Positions 16,720-30,485 of a DNA stretch of 64,000 bases are shown piece by piece. The translations under genes and the position numbers were made by a program. The notes under the pieces were generated by a model, which was given only the letters and a program-made list of their open reading frames with translations, made no database searches and was not told where the DNA came from. The stretch is from Eledone cirrhosa (Eukaryota). How positions within the stretch are numbered: position 1 is the first letter of the stretch; each line of letters starts with the position of its first letter. The stretch is from assembly GCA_964016885.1 (NCBI GenBank), contig OZ024751.1, forward strand, positions 12,586,001 to 12,650,000, given 5' to 3'.

Positions 16720-17680
16720 AAAAATAATAGAATACCAACATAAGTTGCAAACGTTACAACACAAGCAGGCCATCTTAACCACCCTGCCTTAATTCCTTAT
16801 ATAATTACACTTTGATGTGGTTTTCTTATCAACATCTTTAATTCAATGTTTGTGTTTACCCTTCCCTATTGTCATGATAGAAATCAACACCTTATATATG
16901 TCTAGGGCGGCTAAAATTCCCGAGATCCATGAGTTCGTTCCGTTTAGTTTGTATTCAAAAATCCATTCCGTTGTTTAGAATGTCCCATATATTAACCTCC
17001 AATCTGTTGTGATTTTGTTACCAACACCTTTAAATTCATTGTTCGTTTATACCCTTCCCTATTGTCATGAATCTTCGGTTGTGACTGAAAGTATACGATC
17101 GTGAATACAAGCGCCTGAAATGACGTTCCTCCGAAGGACATTTGGTGTAACGTTACTCGATAGAATGTGTAACTCGGAGATCAGAGAGTTTCGAGTTTCG
17201 CCAGGTAAAGTCACTACCTCTCCGGATCGAGAGATCCAGCTTCGGTAAATAATAGAATACCCTCAAAAGTTATATATGTTAAAACACAAGCAAGCCATCC
17301 TAACCACCCTGCCTTGACGCATTACATAATAACACTTTGTTGTGGTTTTGTTACCAACATCTTTAATTCAGTGTTCGTTCCTACCCTTACATATTGCCAT
17401 CACAGAAACCAACACCTTATATATTAATTTTATTAACTGGTTGTGTTCGTTCCGTTTAGTTTGTATTAAGAAATCCATTCCGTTGTTTAGAATGTCCCAT
17501 ATATTAACCTCCAATCTTCGGTTGTCACCGAAAGTATACGATCGCGAATACAAGTGTCTTTGCTGTAACGTTACTTGATAGGGTGCGTAGCTCCGAGATC
17601 AAGGAGTCGCTCCAAGTAGAGCTGATACTTCTCCGGATCGAGAGATTCCAGCTCCGGTATTACGGACACGTGATTATGTG
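16720..17680 (+). repeat. Local duplication containing RTE (Rex3/Expander-like) C-terminal coding fragments at ~17077-17245 and ~17519-17675
   Basis: Translations VVTESIRS*IQAPEMTFLRR..GVTLLDR and VTLLDRVRSSEIKESLQVELILLRIERFQLRYYGHV resemble the RTE C-terminus. Confidence 0.75.
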
Positions 17681-17853
17681 TAAGCAAAGGATCGCTGGAC
17701 AGGTTTACAGACAACGCCCACAGCCAACTTCCTGATGAAGGACTTATGTCCGAAACGCCGTACCCGTAACCTGCCCCACTCTCATCAAGCGTGAAGCTAA
17801 TAACACTATGTACTATTGACTCCTGCGTTTGTTTGTTTATTTGTCCTTTTGAA

Positions 17854-17894
<41 letters not shown>

Positions 17895-18071
17895 ATAAAT
17901 GAACGCAAAATGTTACAGTCATTTCAATACTTTATGTGTTCATTCTGTCATTACAACAGCAGAGGTCCGACGAGCTTTTAATTCCAGAGTCGATACAGAT
18001 CGAACCTTGAGCTGTTAAATAGCGAAACGCGCGTCACTAATCAATAAACGTAATGATGGCTTAACAAATCG

Positions 18072-18240
18072 TGGCAGTATCGGTAGAGGGTCGGACGCCA
18101 TGTTTTCCAGCATAGAGTTTCGCCCCTTTATGGTCTGCGTTCAAATCTCACCGAGGTTAACTTTGCCTTTCATAAAGCAAATAAAGTACCAGTAATACAC
18201 TGGGATAATTGGTGGCCTTGTGCCAAAAGTAGAAACAATT
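18072..18240 (+). mobile_element. Deu/Nin-like SINE copy (internally deleted)
   Basis: Matches the 2846-3040 family. Confidence 0.75.
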
Positions 18241-18242
18241 AC

Positions 18243-18285
<43 letters not shown>

Positions 18286-18308
18286 TATAAAAGAGAGAGA
18301 GAGAGAGA

Positions 18309-18373
<65 letters not shown>

Positions 18374-18485
18374 CCGGTATCAATCTGTTTATTTTGGGGT
18401 CGATATGGTTGTTAGAACTCAATGCAGCCTTGCAGATTGGTTTCAACGTAATTAGATGGTGAGCGCTATAGTTTTTTGTAATAGA

Positions 18486-18548
<63 letters not shown>

Positions 18549-18899
18549 TTATCATATAGCATGTATTCTATATATATCTTTATAATATAGCATGTATTAT
18601 ATATAACTCTTTATCATATAGATATGTAATCATTTTCTACTAGCATTTTAAGGGGTCCGTCGAGCTGCGGATTACAGAGTTGGGTAAGATCGATACAGAT
18701 CGAACCTTGAGCTGATCAGTGGCGATACGCGCGTCACCAACCAATAAATGTAATGAAGGAGTAACCAATCGTCCTTGTTATCTTTTCAATATAATACACT
18801 CTGTGTAGCTCTACACCTCGATACTGAAGTGAACCTAAACATCGAGTACTCTCCCGGGTGAACCTACAGTAACTCCAAGTTACACTCCCTGGATATATA

Positions 18900-18935
<36 letters not shown>

Positions 18936-19056
18936 AGGTGAGTTTTATTGTAGTACAGTAAAGCAATGCAGATATCGGATAAGTAGCACTCTACAGTTTG
19001 TAGGACTGGAGTATAAATAATATATAAGATCAAAAGATGGTTAAAAGAGTTCCATG

Positions 19057-19127
19057 TATTTTATTATGCGCATTTCAAAAACAAATATCATCATGCAATA
19101 ACATTTGCGTTTTCGTCAGATAAAATA
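19057..19127 (-). ncRNA. Type I hammerhead ribozyme in a fold-back (arms ~19022-19113 / ~19192-19284)
   Basis: Minus strand tattttat-CTGACGA-stem II-GAAA-tgcgca-TA-ataaaata; 8-bp stem I, palindromic stem III. Confidence 0.75.
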
Positions 19128-19277
19128 GGGAGATATGATATAAAGGTTAAAAAACACTTGTGAATAGTGCAGTTTTAAATCAACATATCATGAAAACGCA
19201 AATGTTATTACATGATGATATTTGTTTTTGAAATGCGCATAATAAAATACATGGAACTCTTTTAACCATCTTTTGAT

Positions 19278-19322
<45 letters not shown>

Positions 19323-19608
19323 TCAGCGAGAAATCGCATTTCCGCGGGTAGAAAAAGCGAAACGAAACGCAAAAACTTCCTTTCAATATTTTTCTCTCTC
19401 CCTTTTATATCTCCTTTTCACTACTTTCTTCCAACAGTTTAATTTAAATAAACCATTGTTTTTTTCAATTTTTCTGACACTCATTTGCATACTCACTCAT
19501 AACTTTGAATCACCCTCAATAAAATATTATTTCCACTATCCAGCGAACCTCAACCGTTGAGGTTGTCTTTATGCGAGTATGTCAATATTTATTTATAAAA
19601 CAAATTTG

Positions 19609-19673
19609 TATTTTATCTGATGAAAGCGCACCATAATTTGCCTTGGTTGCCCTTGAAATATATATAATAAATA
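19609..19673 (+). ncRNA. Hammerhead ribozyme in a Naiad-like pLTR tail (~19577-19715)
   Basis: tattttat-CTGATGA-aag...ctt-GAAA-tatata-TA-ataaata; downstream atggttttataaatatagtttccattt shared with 53730-53760. Confidence 0.7.
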
Positions 19674-20139
19674 ATTATGGTTTTATAAATATAGTTTCCA
19701 TTTATTAATATATTGTATATATATATATATACACACACATATATGAACAAACCTGTATATATATATATATAATATATATATATATATGTATTTATATATA
19801 TATTTATATATATGAAGTTGATTTAATATTAATATATTTATAAGCCGTAAAAGTCATTGGTAGAGCTGGGGCAGGTGGTAAAGATGTTATTGTTGCTAGT
19901 GTTAGATGTGCTGTCGGGGTCGTTGTTGGTGGTGATCGTGGTGATGTTATTGTTTTTTATTGTTTTTATTGCTATCATTATCATTATTCAACGTTGATTA
20001 ATATTGGATATCGGGATTAGACGATCATCCATGAAACACGGTTGTTTATTAATTAGCCGGTTGTTTATTAATTAGTATACATGCATAGATATACTGCAGA
20101 CAGTATTGTCATAAGGCATGGGCACACAATACGCCACCG

Positions 20140-21000
20140 GGTGTAAGGGTCTATTATTACTCTATGTATGCTGTGATTGTAAATATAGAGGCCCCAGTCC
20201 ATTGCTTTGTTCAGAAACCAGATCAATAGGCCCAATGCTAATCCCTGTTAGCTGTGGCTGTGAATATAGAGGCCTCACCAAGTCTATAGAGCCAATGATA
20301 TACCATGTATATTTTGGCTGTGAACACAGAGGCCCCTGTCCCGAGTCTCACTGGGTTTAGAGGCCCATTATTAATCCATGTAGGCTTTGGTTAGGTATAG
20401 AGAGGCCCCGGTCCATTGCCTTACTCGGAGGCCCAATAGGTCTAAAGACCCAATGCTAATCCAAGTAGGCTATGGCTGTGAATATAGGGATCCCAGTCCA
20501 TCGCTTTGACCAGAGGCTTACCAGGTCTAGATAAACCATGTATGCTATGGTTGTGATCATCGAGGCTCCAGTCAATTTATTGAGGCCCCAGTCAATTGCT
20601 TTGACCCGGACTCCTAATGATAAACCATGTGGTTGTGAATATTGAGGCCCCAGTTCATTGCTTTGACCGGAGGCCCACCGGGTCTAGAGACCCAATGACA
20701 AACCATGTATATTGTGGTTGCGGACATAGTGTTTCCAATCAATTGCTTTGTCCGGATGCCCACTGGGTTTAGGGGCCCATTATTTGTGTATGCTTTGGTT
20801 CTGTGTGTGAAAGTTGCAGTCTTTTGCCTTTCTCGGAGGTCCACTCAGTCTAAAGACCCAATGGTAAACCATGTATGCTAAGGTTGTGATCATAAAAGCC
20901 CCAGTAAATTGTTTTGTCCGGTAGCCCACCAGGTCTATAGGGTCAATTCTAAACCAGGTATGTTGTGGTTGTGTACATACAGGCCCCTGTACATTGATAT
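20140..21000. repeat. Diverged minisatellite, ~60-85-bp unit
   Basis: Recurring gaggccccagtc.attgctttgacc.gaggccca..ggtcta.agacccaatg..aaaccatgtatg...tggttgtga. Confidence 0.8.
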
Positions 21001-21406
21001 ACCCTTGGTATTAGAGGCGGGTAGAAGACTGTTAAGCCAGCTCAGTCTACAGAGAAGGTGGAGGTAATTGACCAACCTATATGTCACGATTTCGTATCAC
21101 GCCACCAGCGTTTTTCTCTGTCCTTGACCGTAGCACTTATATCTGAAACCTATGATGCTGTACATTTAAGTGTTAAGAGATACTACAGAGTAGTAAATCT
21201 TCGCTGGTATCCATGGATCTCCGTGACTCTTAATAATGTTTACAGGCGGTCAATTGGCAGAGTCGGATAGAATGCTCTTTTCCGGCTCTGCACTTTTTGA
21301 GTTCATATCCCACCGCTGTCAACTTTGCCTTTAATCCTTTAAAATCAACAATGAAGTCGGTATAAATGACTTATCCCTCACCACAAATTGTTGGGCTTGT
21401 CACCCG

Positions 21407-21770
21407 CTTCTTCTTCTTCGCCTACTTATTCATGAGAAGGTTGTGGGGACAGAGTCCTCAAATACTCCTTCCAGAGGGTCCTATCAGAAGCAGCCGTTTG
21501 CAACAGATACGGCTAGATCCCCAAGCGAGACCATCCGAGTTCATGGCTGTTACCCAATGATCTTGCTTGGAGTCTACCCCTGGATCTACTGACGGTTGAT
21601 TTTGCCGGTAAAATCTCTCCAGCAATTCTTTCCTCAGACATTCAATTCAGAGAAGTAGCGGCTCTAACTAAAATGACTCTCTGATCTCCGAGCTACGCAC
21701 TCTGTCAAGTAATGTTACTCCAAAGACACTTCGGAGGAACCCCATCTCGGCCGTTTGTACTCTCCGCCAG
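21407..21770 (-). mobile_element. RTE LINE 3'-end fragment
   Basis: Minus translation ..LGWSRLGI*..ASDRTLWKEYLRTLSPQP and (GAA)n tail; related to 28460-28675. Confidence 0.65.
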
Positions 21771-21856
21771 GTTCGACAATAATTATGCAATTTGTTCGGT
21801 TAAGTGGCTGAGCATTCCCAATTGCCCATATATCTCCCAAACACTTGTACCTTTAA

Positions 21857-22062
21857 CCCTTTAGCATTTACATTACTCTGTATTTACTATTGTATTTTCG
21901 CAGTAAATGCTTTATCTCAAAATATCAAATCTATGAGATTTTGATACTATTTATTTTGAGAACAATACCTTAACATCAGTATGAGTGGCTAGTTACGGCT
22001 GGTTTGAACAGAAAGAGATGAGAGAATTCTGGCCGGATATGGCCAGTTTAAATGCTAAAGGG
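21857..22062. mobile_element. piggyBac-type MITE
   Basis: TTAA on both sides; 14-bp TIR ccctttagcattta / taaatgctaaaggg. Confidence 0.85.
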
Positions 22063-22407
22063 TTAACATAAGTTTTCGGGAGATTTAGCATGATATAGTA
22101 TGCGACAAGTATGGTCCTTTGAATTACAAATTCAGTCCATCCGACGGGCATCCAAACAGCTTCCGTCTACACAATTTCTCTCACTAGGGACCTGGGACCT
22201 AATGATTGCGAAACGAACCCCTTAAACATTCCACCAAACTGTATCCACTAAACCTTATTAGTGGGCAACATTGTGAAAAACATTCGTTTTAACCAACAAG
22301 GCAGCCTCTGCGTAGTTGCTCTTTTTGCTAGAAATAGCAACCAAATTAGTAGTTATATATATATATATGACAAGTAAGTATGTTTTGAAACAGTGAGCAG
22401 GTTTGAA

Positions 22408-22613
22408 ATTAGAAAATAGATTAGCTTTCACCGTATTTTTGACTAAAGAAATTTTAGCCTAATAATGGGGTTTAGAACCCTCAGATAAATGGAAAAAGAT
22501 GAGTATTGACGTCAATACTCATCTTTTTCCATTCATCTGAGGGTTCTAAACCCCATTATTAGGCTAAAATTTCTTTAGTCAAAAATACGGTGAAAGCTAA
22601 TCTATTTTCTAAT
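22408..22613. repeat. Near-perfect 206-bp spacerless palindrome
   Basis: Centre tgac|gtca at 22510/22511; one mismatch seen; abuts (TA)n. Confidence 0.92.
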
Positions 22614-22967
22614 ATATATATATATACACAGGGTGTCCCAAGAAAATGTATACACACTTCAAAAGCTTTCTAATGAATATTGCCACTACAGGTAATCAAA
22701 GAGTGAATACATATTTTAGTACACATTATATACATATATACGGTGAATTGGAAGTATCGGTAGAGGGTCGGACGCCATGCTTTGACGCATAGAGTTACAG
22801 CCCTTACCATTCTGAGTTCAAATCCCGCCGAGGTTAATTTGCTGGCCTTGTGCCAAAAGTAGAAACAATTATTTATTCAAAGTTATCCAACGTATTTTAC
22901 AGACGGGGTTAAAAAAATATATTCTGGACGTAGTCCCGCACTCCTTTCTTTATTATAGTTTAGATAT

Positions 22968-23180
22968 GGCGTGTGGCTGATTGGTTAGAGAACTGGATTC
23001 GCAATCGTGAGGTTATCAGTTCGATTCTGGACCGGGCGATGTGTTATATCCTTCAGGAAGAGACTTTATTTCACGTTGCTCCTTCTACCTGGAGTTGCGA
23101 CAGATAGATAGTATTATCAATTGGAAAGACTAACGGAAACATTGTTTCCTCGGTCCGATTAGACGAAAGTCGATCGACAA
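22968..23180 (+). mobile_element. tRNA-derived SINE (family 2)
   Basis: A-box tggctgattgg and B-box agttcgattc; copies at 24743 and 34081. Confidence 0.8.
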
Positions 23181-23291
23181 ATTTTATATAAATATATTTA
23201 TGATTAACCCACTCGATATGCACATTGGGCTACTCAGCCGTTAATATGCATAAGGTAAGTATATACGTTCAACAATCTGGCAGGAAGGTAT

Positions 23292-23334
23292 ACGTTGCTG
23301 ACGATAGCTAATAAGTTTGAAACTAATACAGCGT
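23292..23334 (+). ncRNA. Minimal hammerhead ribozyme in a repeat (~23203-23580) shared with ~35590-36140
   Basis: acgttg-CTGACGA-tagctaataagttt-GAAA-ctaa-TA-cagcgt; the second copy (35973-36014) has stem III ctag but GAAA changed to TAAA. Confidence 0.6.
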
Positions 23335-23577
23335 TCCTTTGTCAGTGTTGAACGAACGAGCAACGATGGTTGCTAGACACTACGGCTTAATACGGGATGT
23401 TTGTTTACAAACACACTGAGCATTATAACAAATGTTCGGTGAATCCATACGTACATATATATATGCGTGCATGTATGTATATATATATACATACTACTGT
23501 GCGTCTGTATACATATATGTATGTACGTGTACATACTTATATTTAAGTAACAGCCGTACTAAGAATGGGAAATGAAA

Positions 23578-24500
<923 letters not shown>

Positions 24501-24537
24501 TATTAACAAATGGAAACTATATTTATAAAACCATATT

Positions 24538-24603
24538 TATTTCATTCTACATATTTCAATGGCCACCAGAGCACACTATGGTGCGCTTTCATCAGATAAA
24601 ATA
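24538..24603 (-). ncRNA. Hammerhead-like motif in a Naiad-like pLTR tail (~24502-24640)
   Basis: Minus strand tattttat-CTGATGA-aagcgcacca..tggtggccatt-GAAA; same family as 19609. Confidence 0.6.
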
Positions 24604-24742
24604 TAATATAGGTTAGTTTTATAAATAAATATTGACATACCCTTAGTATTTATAGTAATTTATATCAGTTATAAAAATATTTAGCTTGTTGTATCCCAAC
24701 AAATTAAATAAAACCTCTACATATATGTATATATATATATAT

Positions 24743-24960
24743 GGAGGAGCGTCGCTGAGTGGTTAGAGAATTGGATTCGCAATCGTGAGATTGTGAGTTC
24801 GATTCCCGGACCAGGCGATGCGTTATATCCTTGGGCAAGACACTTTATTTCATGTCCTTCTACCTGTAGTTGCGACCGATAGAGAGTATTAGCAATTAGA
24901 AGGACCAATGGAAACATCGTTTCCTAGGTCCGATTTGACAAAAAAAAGTCGACCGACTGA
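24743..24960 (+). mobile_element. tRNA-derived SINE (family 2)
   Basis: A/B boxes (gctgagtggtt; gagttcgattccc) and tccttgggcaagacacttta. Confidence 0.8.
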
Positions 24961-25451
24961 CAATATATATATATATATATATATTGAGAGAGAGAGAGAT
25001 GCGTGTGTGTGTGTATATATACATATGTGTGTATGTAGAGAGAGGTGTGTGTGTGTATATATATACATATGTGTGTATATAGAGAGAGAGAGATGCGTGT
25101 GTGTGTGTGTGTATATATACATATGTGTGTATGTAGAGAGAGAGTGATGCCTGTGTGTGTGTGTGTATATATACATATGTGTGTATGTAGAGAGAGAGAG
25201 AGATGCCTGTGTGTGTGTGTATATATATACATATGTGTGTATGTAGAGAGAGAGTGAACTTGAGAGAGGGAGTGATTATCCACCTGATATGTGTGAAGTG
25301 TTACAATGTGTTCTTGTCTGTTCATATTTATATATGCGTGATTTTGTGTGTTGAGATGTTGGGATATGTGTATATCTAAACGTGTGTGTGTGTGTGTGTG
25401 TGACAGAGATAGTGTGTGTGTGTGTGTGTGTGTAGAAGATTCTAAACATGT

Positions 25452-26068
25452 TAATAATTGTTTCTACTTTTGACACAAGGCCAGCAATCACCCAGTGTAT
25501 TACTGGTACTTTTAGCAGAAGGCCAGTAATTACTCAGAACTCTACTGGTATTTTATTTTATCGACCCCGTAAGGATGAAAGGCAAAGTTAACCTCGGCGG
25601 GATTTGAACTCAGAATGGCAAGGGCAGTAACTCTATGCGTCAAAGCATGGCGTCCGATCTTCTACCGATAATAATAATAATTGTTTCTACTTTTGGCACA
25701 AGGCCAGCAATTATTTCAGTACATTAGTGGTACTTTATTTTATCGACCCCGTAAGGATGAAAGGCAAAGTTAACCTCGGCGGGATTTTAACTCAGAGTAT
25801 AAAGGGCCGTAACTCTATGCTGCAAAGCATGGCGTCCGACCCTCTACCGATACTGCCAATCCGCTGCCCTATATATATATAAATAATTGTTTCTACTTTT
25901 AGCACAAGGCCAGCAATAACCCAGTACATTACTGGTACGTTATTTTATCGACCCCGTAAGGATGAAAGGCAAAGTTAACCTCGGTGGGATTTGAACTCAG
26001 ATCATAAAGGGCCGTAACTCTTTGCTGCAAAGCATGGCGTCCGACCCTCTACCGTACTGCCAATCCAC
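25452..26068 (-). mobile_element. Three head-to-tail Deu/Nin-like SINE copies
   Basis: atcgaccccgtaaggatgaaaggcaaagttaacctcgg at ~25560, ~25742 and ~25947. Confidence 0.85.
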
Positions 26069-26642
26069 ACCCTGCCAATGTTAATAAGGTAAACAAAAGA
26101 CAAAAGAGGCGTCAATGAAAGCAGATGCTTACCAGCAAAGAATAAACTGTGTATAGAGAGAGAAATGAAAGTGTGTTCCCTTGTAAATAAAATAATTTGT
26201 TTGCTTGTTAGTATGGCAGATGTGTCTCTGTGGGTATTCCTAGATTGAGCTAAATTCATACAAATTTGCATACAGGAATATATTCTCATTTATAAACAAC
26301 CCGATTATTTACACATACACACACAATATAAGTGAAAAATTAACAGATTATATATGTGTGTGTGTGTGTATGTATATATGTATGTGTGTGAGTATGTATG
26401 TATATGTGTGTGTGTATGTATATGTGTGTGTGTATGTGTGTATGTGTGTGTGTGTGTGTGTAAGTATGTATATATATATATCTGTATATGTGTGTGTAAG
26501 TATGTATATATATATCTGTATATGTGTGTGTGTGTATGTATATATATATATATATGTGTGTGTATGTGTGTATATATATATATACATATATACATATATA
26601 TATGTGTGTGTATGTATGTATATGTATATATGTGTATGTGTG

Positions 26643-26679
<37 letters not shown>

Positions 26680-26733
26680 ATGTGTGTATATATATATGTA
26701 TATATGTGTGTGTGTGTGCTGAAACTAAACTTT

Positions 26734-26803
<70 letters not shown>

Positions 26804-27649
26804 TCTGTGTGTGTGTGTGTGTGTGCGGTGTGTATATAATGTATCATAGGTACGTGTGTTTGCTTTATTAGGTATGTATACATGTATCTGCTATATAATA
26901 TACATGATTAATTAAACATAGATGAATAAATTCAATCCCATTTGTAAAGCTATTTCATACATTATAAATTGTAAATATCTATTTCTAATTAGAGCAGGTA
27001 ATTATCACAAGATGTCACTACTGTCAGTAATGGTGAAACTATTAACTGTAAAGTTCAACGACTCGGGTCAGAATAATCATTTTCCGCTTTTAGTGAAGTG
27101 GAAGTATTTATTTCAACGAGACTGTTCTCTCTCTATTTGTCTGACAATACTTCTGAAGGTTTGTTAGTTAAAAACAAACTAATCTTAATCATGGAACCAT
27201 TTATTTTGGTATTCAGTTGCTTCTCAAGCCTATGCAGTAGCCTCTACGTTTGAAGAATCTGACCGCTCAAGGCTGAAAGGATTTTAAATCATTCCTTACA
27301 ATACACTTGTCCCCTGAGTACCTGCGAAGAGTGAAAAACCGCGAATATTGGACGTGGTCCATAAAAATGCCTATAAACGTCAAAATATAACGTAAAGTAT
27401 AATTTAAAAAAAGAGGGAGCGTCTTATACGAAGGGGCCTCCAATAGGCTGGTAAATACGGTTTATTGTAGTTAATAATTTAGCGTTAAAAATATATATAT
27501 TGCCACGAAAAAATCATTTAAAAAATCGCGGAAGATATTTACGAATCCGCGAATAATTATTAGTTAGGTTCTAAGGAAAATTCCGTGAATCTTGGGACCG
27601 CAAATGCCGGGGGCACACTGTATATCTAATCAAAGACACCCTTTCACTC

Positions 27650-28420
27650 TCTTACTCTTTAACTCTTTTATTTGTTCCAGCCATCCGGCTGATACCAAGC
27701 TAGGGCACCGCCCTTGTTGCTACATGTTCTATATCCAGCCTGCATTGGCTGGCCATTGATGTAGGAGGATGTTCGTTGCTGCTACCCTTAAGTTACCTTC
27801 ATTCCGTGTTGTAGGTTCATCTTGGATCCTATGAAACTATTTATTTTGTTATTCAGCTGCTTCTCAGGCCAGTGCAGTAGCCTCTTTGTCTCAAAAATCT
27901 ATATGCTCAAGGTTTAAACGATTTTAACTCTTTCCTTACAATATATCTAATCAAAGACACACTTTTTTTTCTTTTTTACTCATTTACCTGTTCCAGTCAT
28001 CCGACTGAGGCCCTGCTGGAGCACCGCCCTTGTTGCTACACGTTCTGTATCCAGACTAGGTTGGATGGCATTGATGTAGGAGGGAGTGACTTGCGGCTAC
28101 CCTTAATTTGCCAATCCATGCAGTGGGTTCATCAGGGATCCTGGATAGCAGAGTTTCAAGATGTTTCTTGAAAAGATCCATGTCCCCACCACGGAGATTT
28201 CTCAAGTTTTTTGGCAGCTTATTAAAGATTTGGAGGCCTTTGAACCCCAGGATATTGCAATATCTGCTCCTTACTCTAGATATGAAAGACAGGACCTTTG
28301 ACACTACACAGTGACGTCCTGTTCGAGGTTTGGTCCAGCTATCAATGCCAAAGTTTGGTGATTGTCCTTGCAGGATCTTCCATAAGTCTATCACTGCGTA
28401 ACTCTCCAGCCTACATTTCA
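27650..28420 (-). mobile_element. CR1-type LINE 3'-end fragments (27970-28420 plus a shorter duplicate ~27650-27830)
   Basis: ORF 28056-28421 ([31 protein letters not shown]) is homologous to the end of the 55570-57265 element. Confidence 0.85.
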
Positions 28421-28459
28421 ACGGTTTTCAACTCATTTTAAAAATAAGTAAAAAGGGCT

Positions 28460-28675
28460 CTACAGATTATACGGGCAAAAACCAACCGACAGGAGACCCA
28501 GAGGTAGTCCCCGAGCAAGATGGTTGGATAACATCCATGGGCTAGGCTGGTTTTGCTTGGGAATCAGTTGGAGACGCTTGCTTCTGACAGGACCCATTGG
28601 CAGTAGTGTTTGAAGACGCTTTCCCTACGACCCTCTCAGAAATAAGTGAGTAAAGAAGAAGTAGAAGATGAAGGG
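28460..28675 (+). mobile_element. RTE LINE 3'-end fragment
   Basis: Translation ..PTDRRPRGSPRARWLDNIHGLGW..ASDRTHW; GAA-rich tail. Confidence 0.7.
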
Positions 28676-29060
28676 GATGGCAAGCCCAACAATTTGAGGT
28701 GAGGTGTTAGTCATTTATACCCACTTCATTGCTGATCTGGTATTTTAAAGGATGAAAGGCAAAGTTGACAAAAGAGCAGAGAGCCGGAACAAGAACCCTC
28801 AAGCATTCTACCCGGTTCTGCTAATTGGCTGCCTGTGGACATTAATAACAATAACAGTGCTTTCAAGCCCAACAATTTGTGGTGACGGGTAACTCGTTTA
28901 TACGGGTTTCATTGCTGATCTGATATTTTATTTTAACAAGCTCGAAAGGATGAATGGGCAGAATTGACAACGGTGGGATTTGAACTCAGAACGAGCAGAT
29001 AGCCGGAACGAGTACCATCAAGCATTCTACCCGACTTTGCCAATTGGTCGTCTGTAAACA

Positions 29061-29557
29061 TTGGCAGTATCGGTAGAGGGTCAGACACCATGCTTTCCAG
29101 CATAGTTACGTCCCTTTACGATCTGAGTTCAAATCCCGCCGAGGTTGACTTTGCCTTTCATCCTTACGGGGTCGATAAAATAAAGTACCTGTAATGCACT
29201 GGGTAATTGATGGCCTTGTGCCAAAAAGTAGAAACAATTATTAAGAGTAACAGGGCAGTGGATTGGCAGTATCGGTAGAGGGTCGGACGCCATGCTTTGA
29301 CGCATAGAGTTACGGCCCTTGCAATTCTGAGTTCAAATCCCGCCGAGGTTAACTTTGTTTTTCATCCTTACGGGGGTCGATAAAATAAAGTACCAGTAAT
29401 TCACTGGTTAATTGTTGGCCTTGTGCCAAAAGTAGAAACAATTATAAAGAGTAACAAAAACACGACTTAGTTTCTTTGTTCCTTTTCAACAGATAAAATA
29501 AAGTACCAGTAATGCACTGGTTATTGCTGGCCTTGTGCCTAAAGTTGAAACAATTAT
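29061..29557 (+). mobile_element. Tandem Deu/Nin-like SINE copies (two full, one partial)
   Basis: Repeated ttggcagtatcggtagagggtc...ggccttgtgcc.aaag..gaaacaatta. Confidence 0.85.
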
Positions 29558-29927
29558 GTCCGCTGGTACTTTTAACCTTTTGACATAGGAAGCGTGGCCA
29601 AATACTTCCTTTGTTGACGTTTTAGTCCTCTTGACCTTTTGCGGTCACGGAACGTGGCTTTACAGGAATTGGTTTCTCACAACATACCACAACACAAACA
29701 TACACACAGCTGGCTCTTACTATTACTGTTGCTGCTGCTATTGCTACAGTCTGCTGCCATCTCTTGTACTGCGTGACTGGTGACCTCTGTGGGCGGATAT
29801 TTACAGAGGGTTCGAATGTCAGGAAGTCAACATCATCACCTTTATCATCACCAACATCATCATCATCATCATCATCATCATCACCATGAGAATCAGAGAA
29901 TCATCCTCATCATGGGGCATGGCATTT

Positions 29928-29979
<52 letters not shown>

Positions 29980-30180
29980 ATATTTGGGGAGGGTCATATT
30001 TGCGTAATATTGCCAGAATTAATAACAGAACACACTCACTGTTTGGTTGGTTTTCGCTTCTCGCTGTCTTTTATATATATATATCTGCGATCTAACTTAC
30101 TCGGTCCTCAATGTTGCCATTGACTGACCGGCGGTCAAAAATAATACAGATACAATATAGACAAACACATATATATATAG

Positions 30181-30230
30181 TTTACATAAATCTTTCGTTG
30201 CACATCTGCAACATCGTCAGTGGTGTTATA
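30181..30230 (-). ncRNA. Hammerhead-like motif in the PLE pLTR
   Basis: CTGACGA-t-gttgca(gatg)tgcaac-GAAA-gatt-TA; stem II perfect, stem I weak. Confidence 0.5.
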
Positions 30231-30485
30231 TTCATTGTTCCTCCTGTTGTGTTGTATGTCTACGCCATTTTTTTTGTTCAGTCTGTCTATATATTTATTT
30301 ATTTATTTGCTTGTTTGTTTATCTTATTTTATTTTGTCTTCTTTGCGCATGCGTTTGCGTGTGTGTATAGTGTGATGTGTGACTAGTGTGTATCGTGTTG
30401 TGTCTGCTGGGTGACTAGTGTGTGTTTATGTGCTTGTGTATGTATTTATTTATCTTATTTTATTTAATTTAATTTACTTATTTAT

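Noticed and set aside
22968-23040. tRNA genes at 22968, 24743 and 34081
   Set aside because: A/B boxes continue into a shared SINE body; no clean cloverleaf
27303-27623. Possible pogo/Tigger-like MITE
   Set aside because: Terminal repeats are too degenerate to confirm by eye
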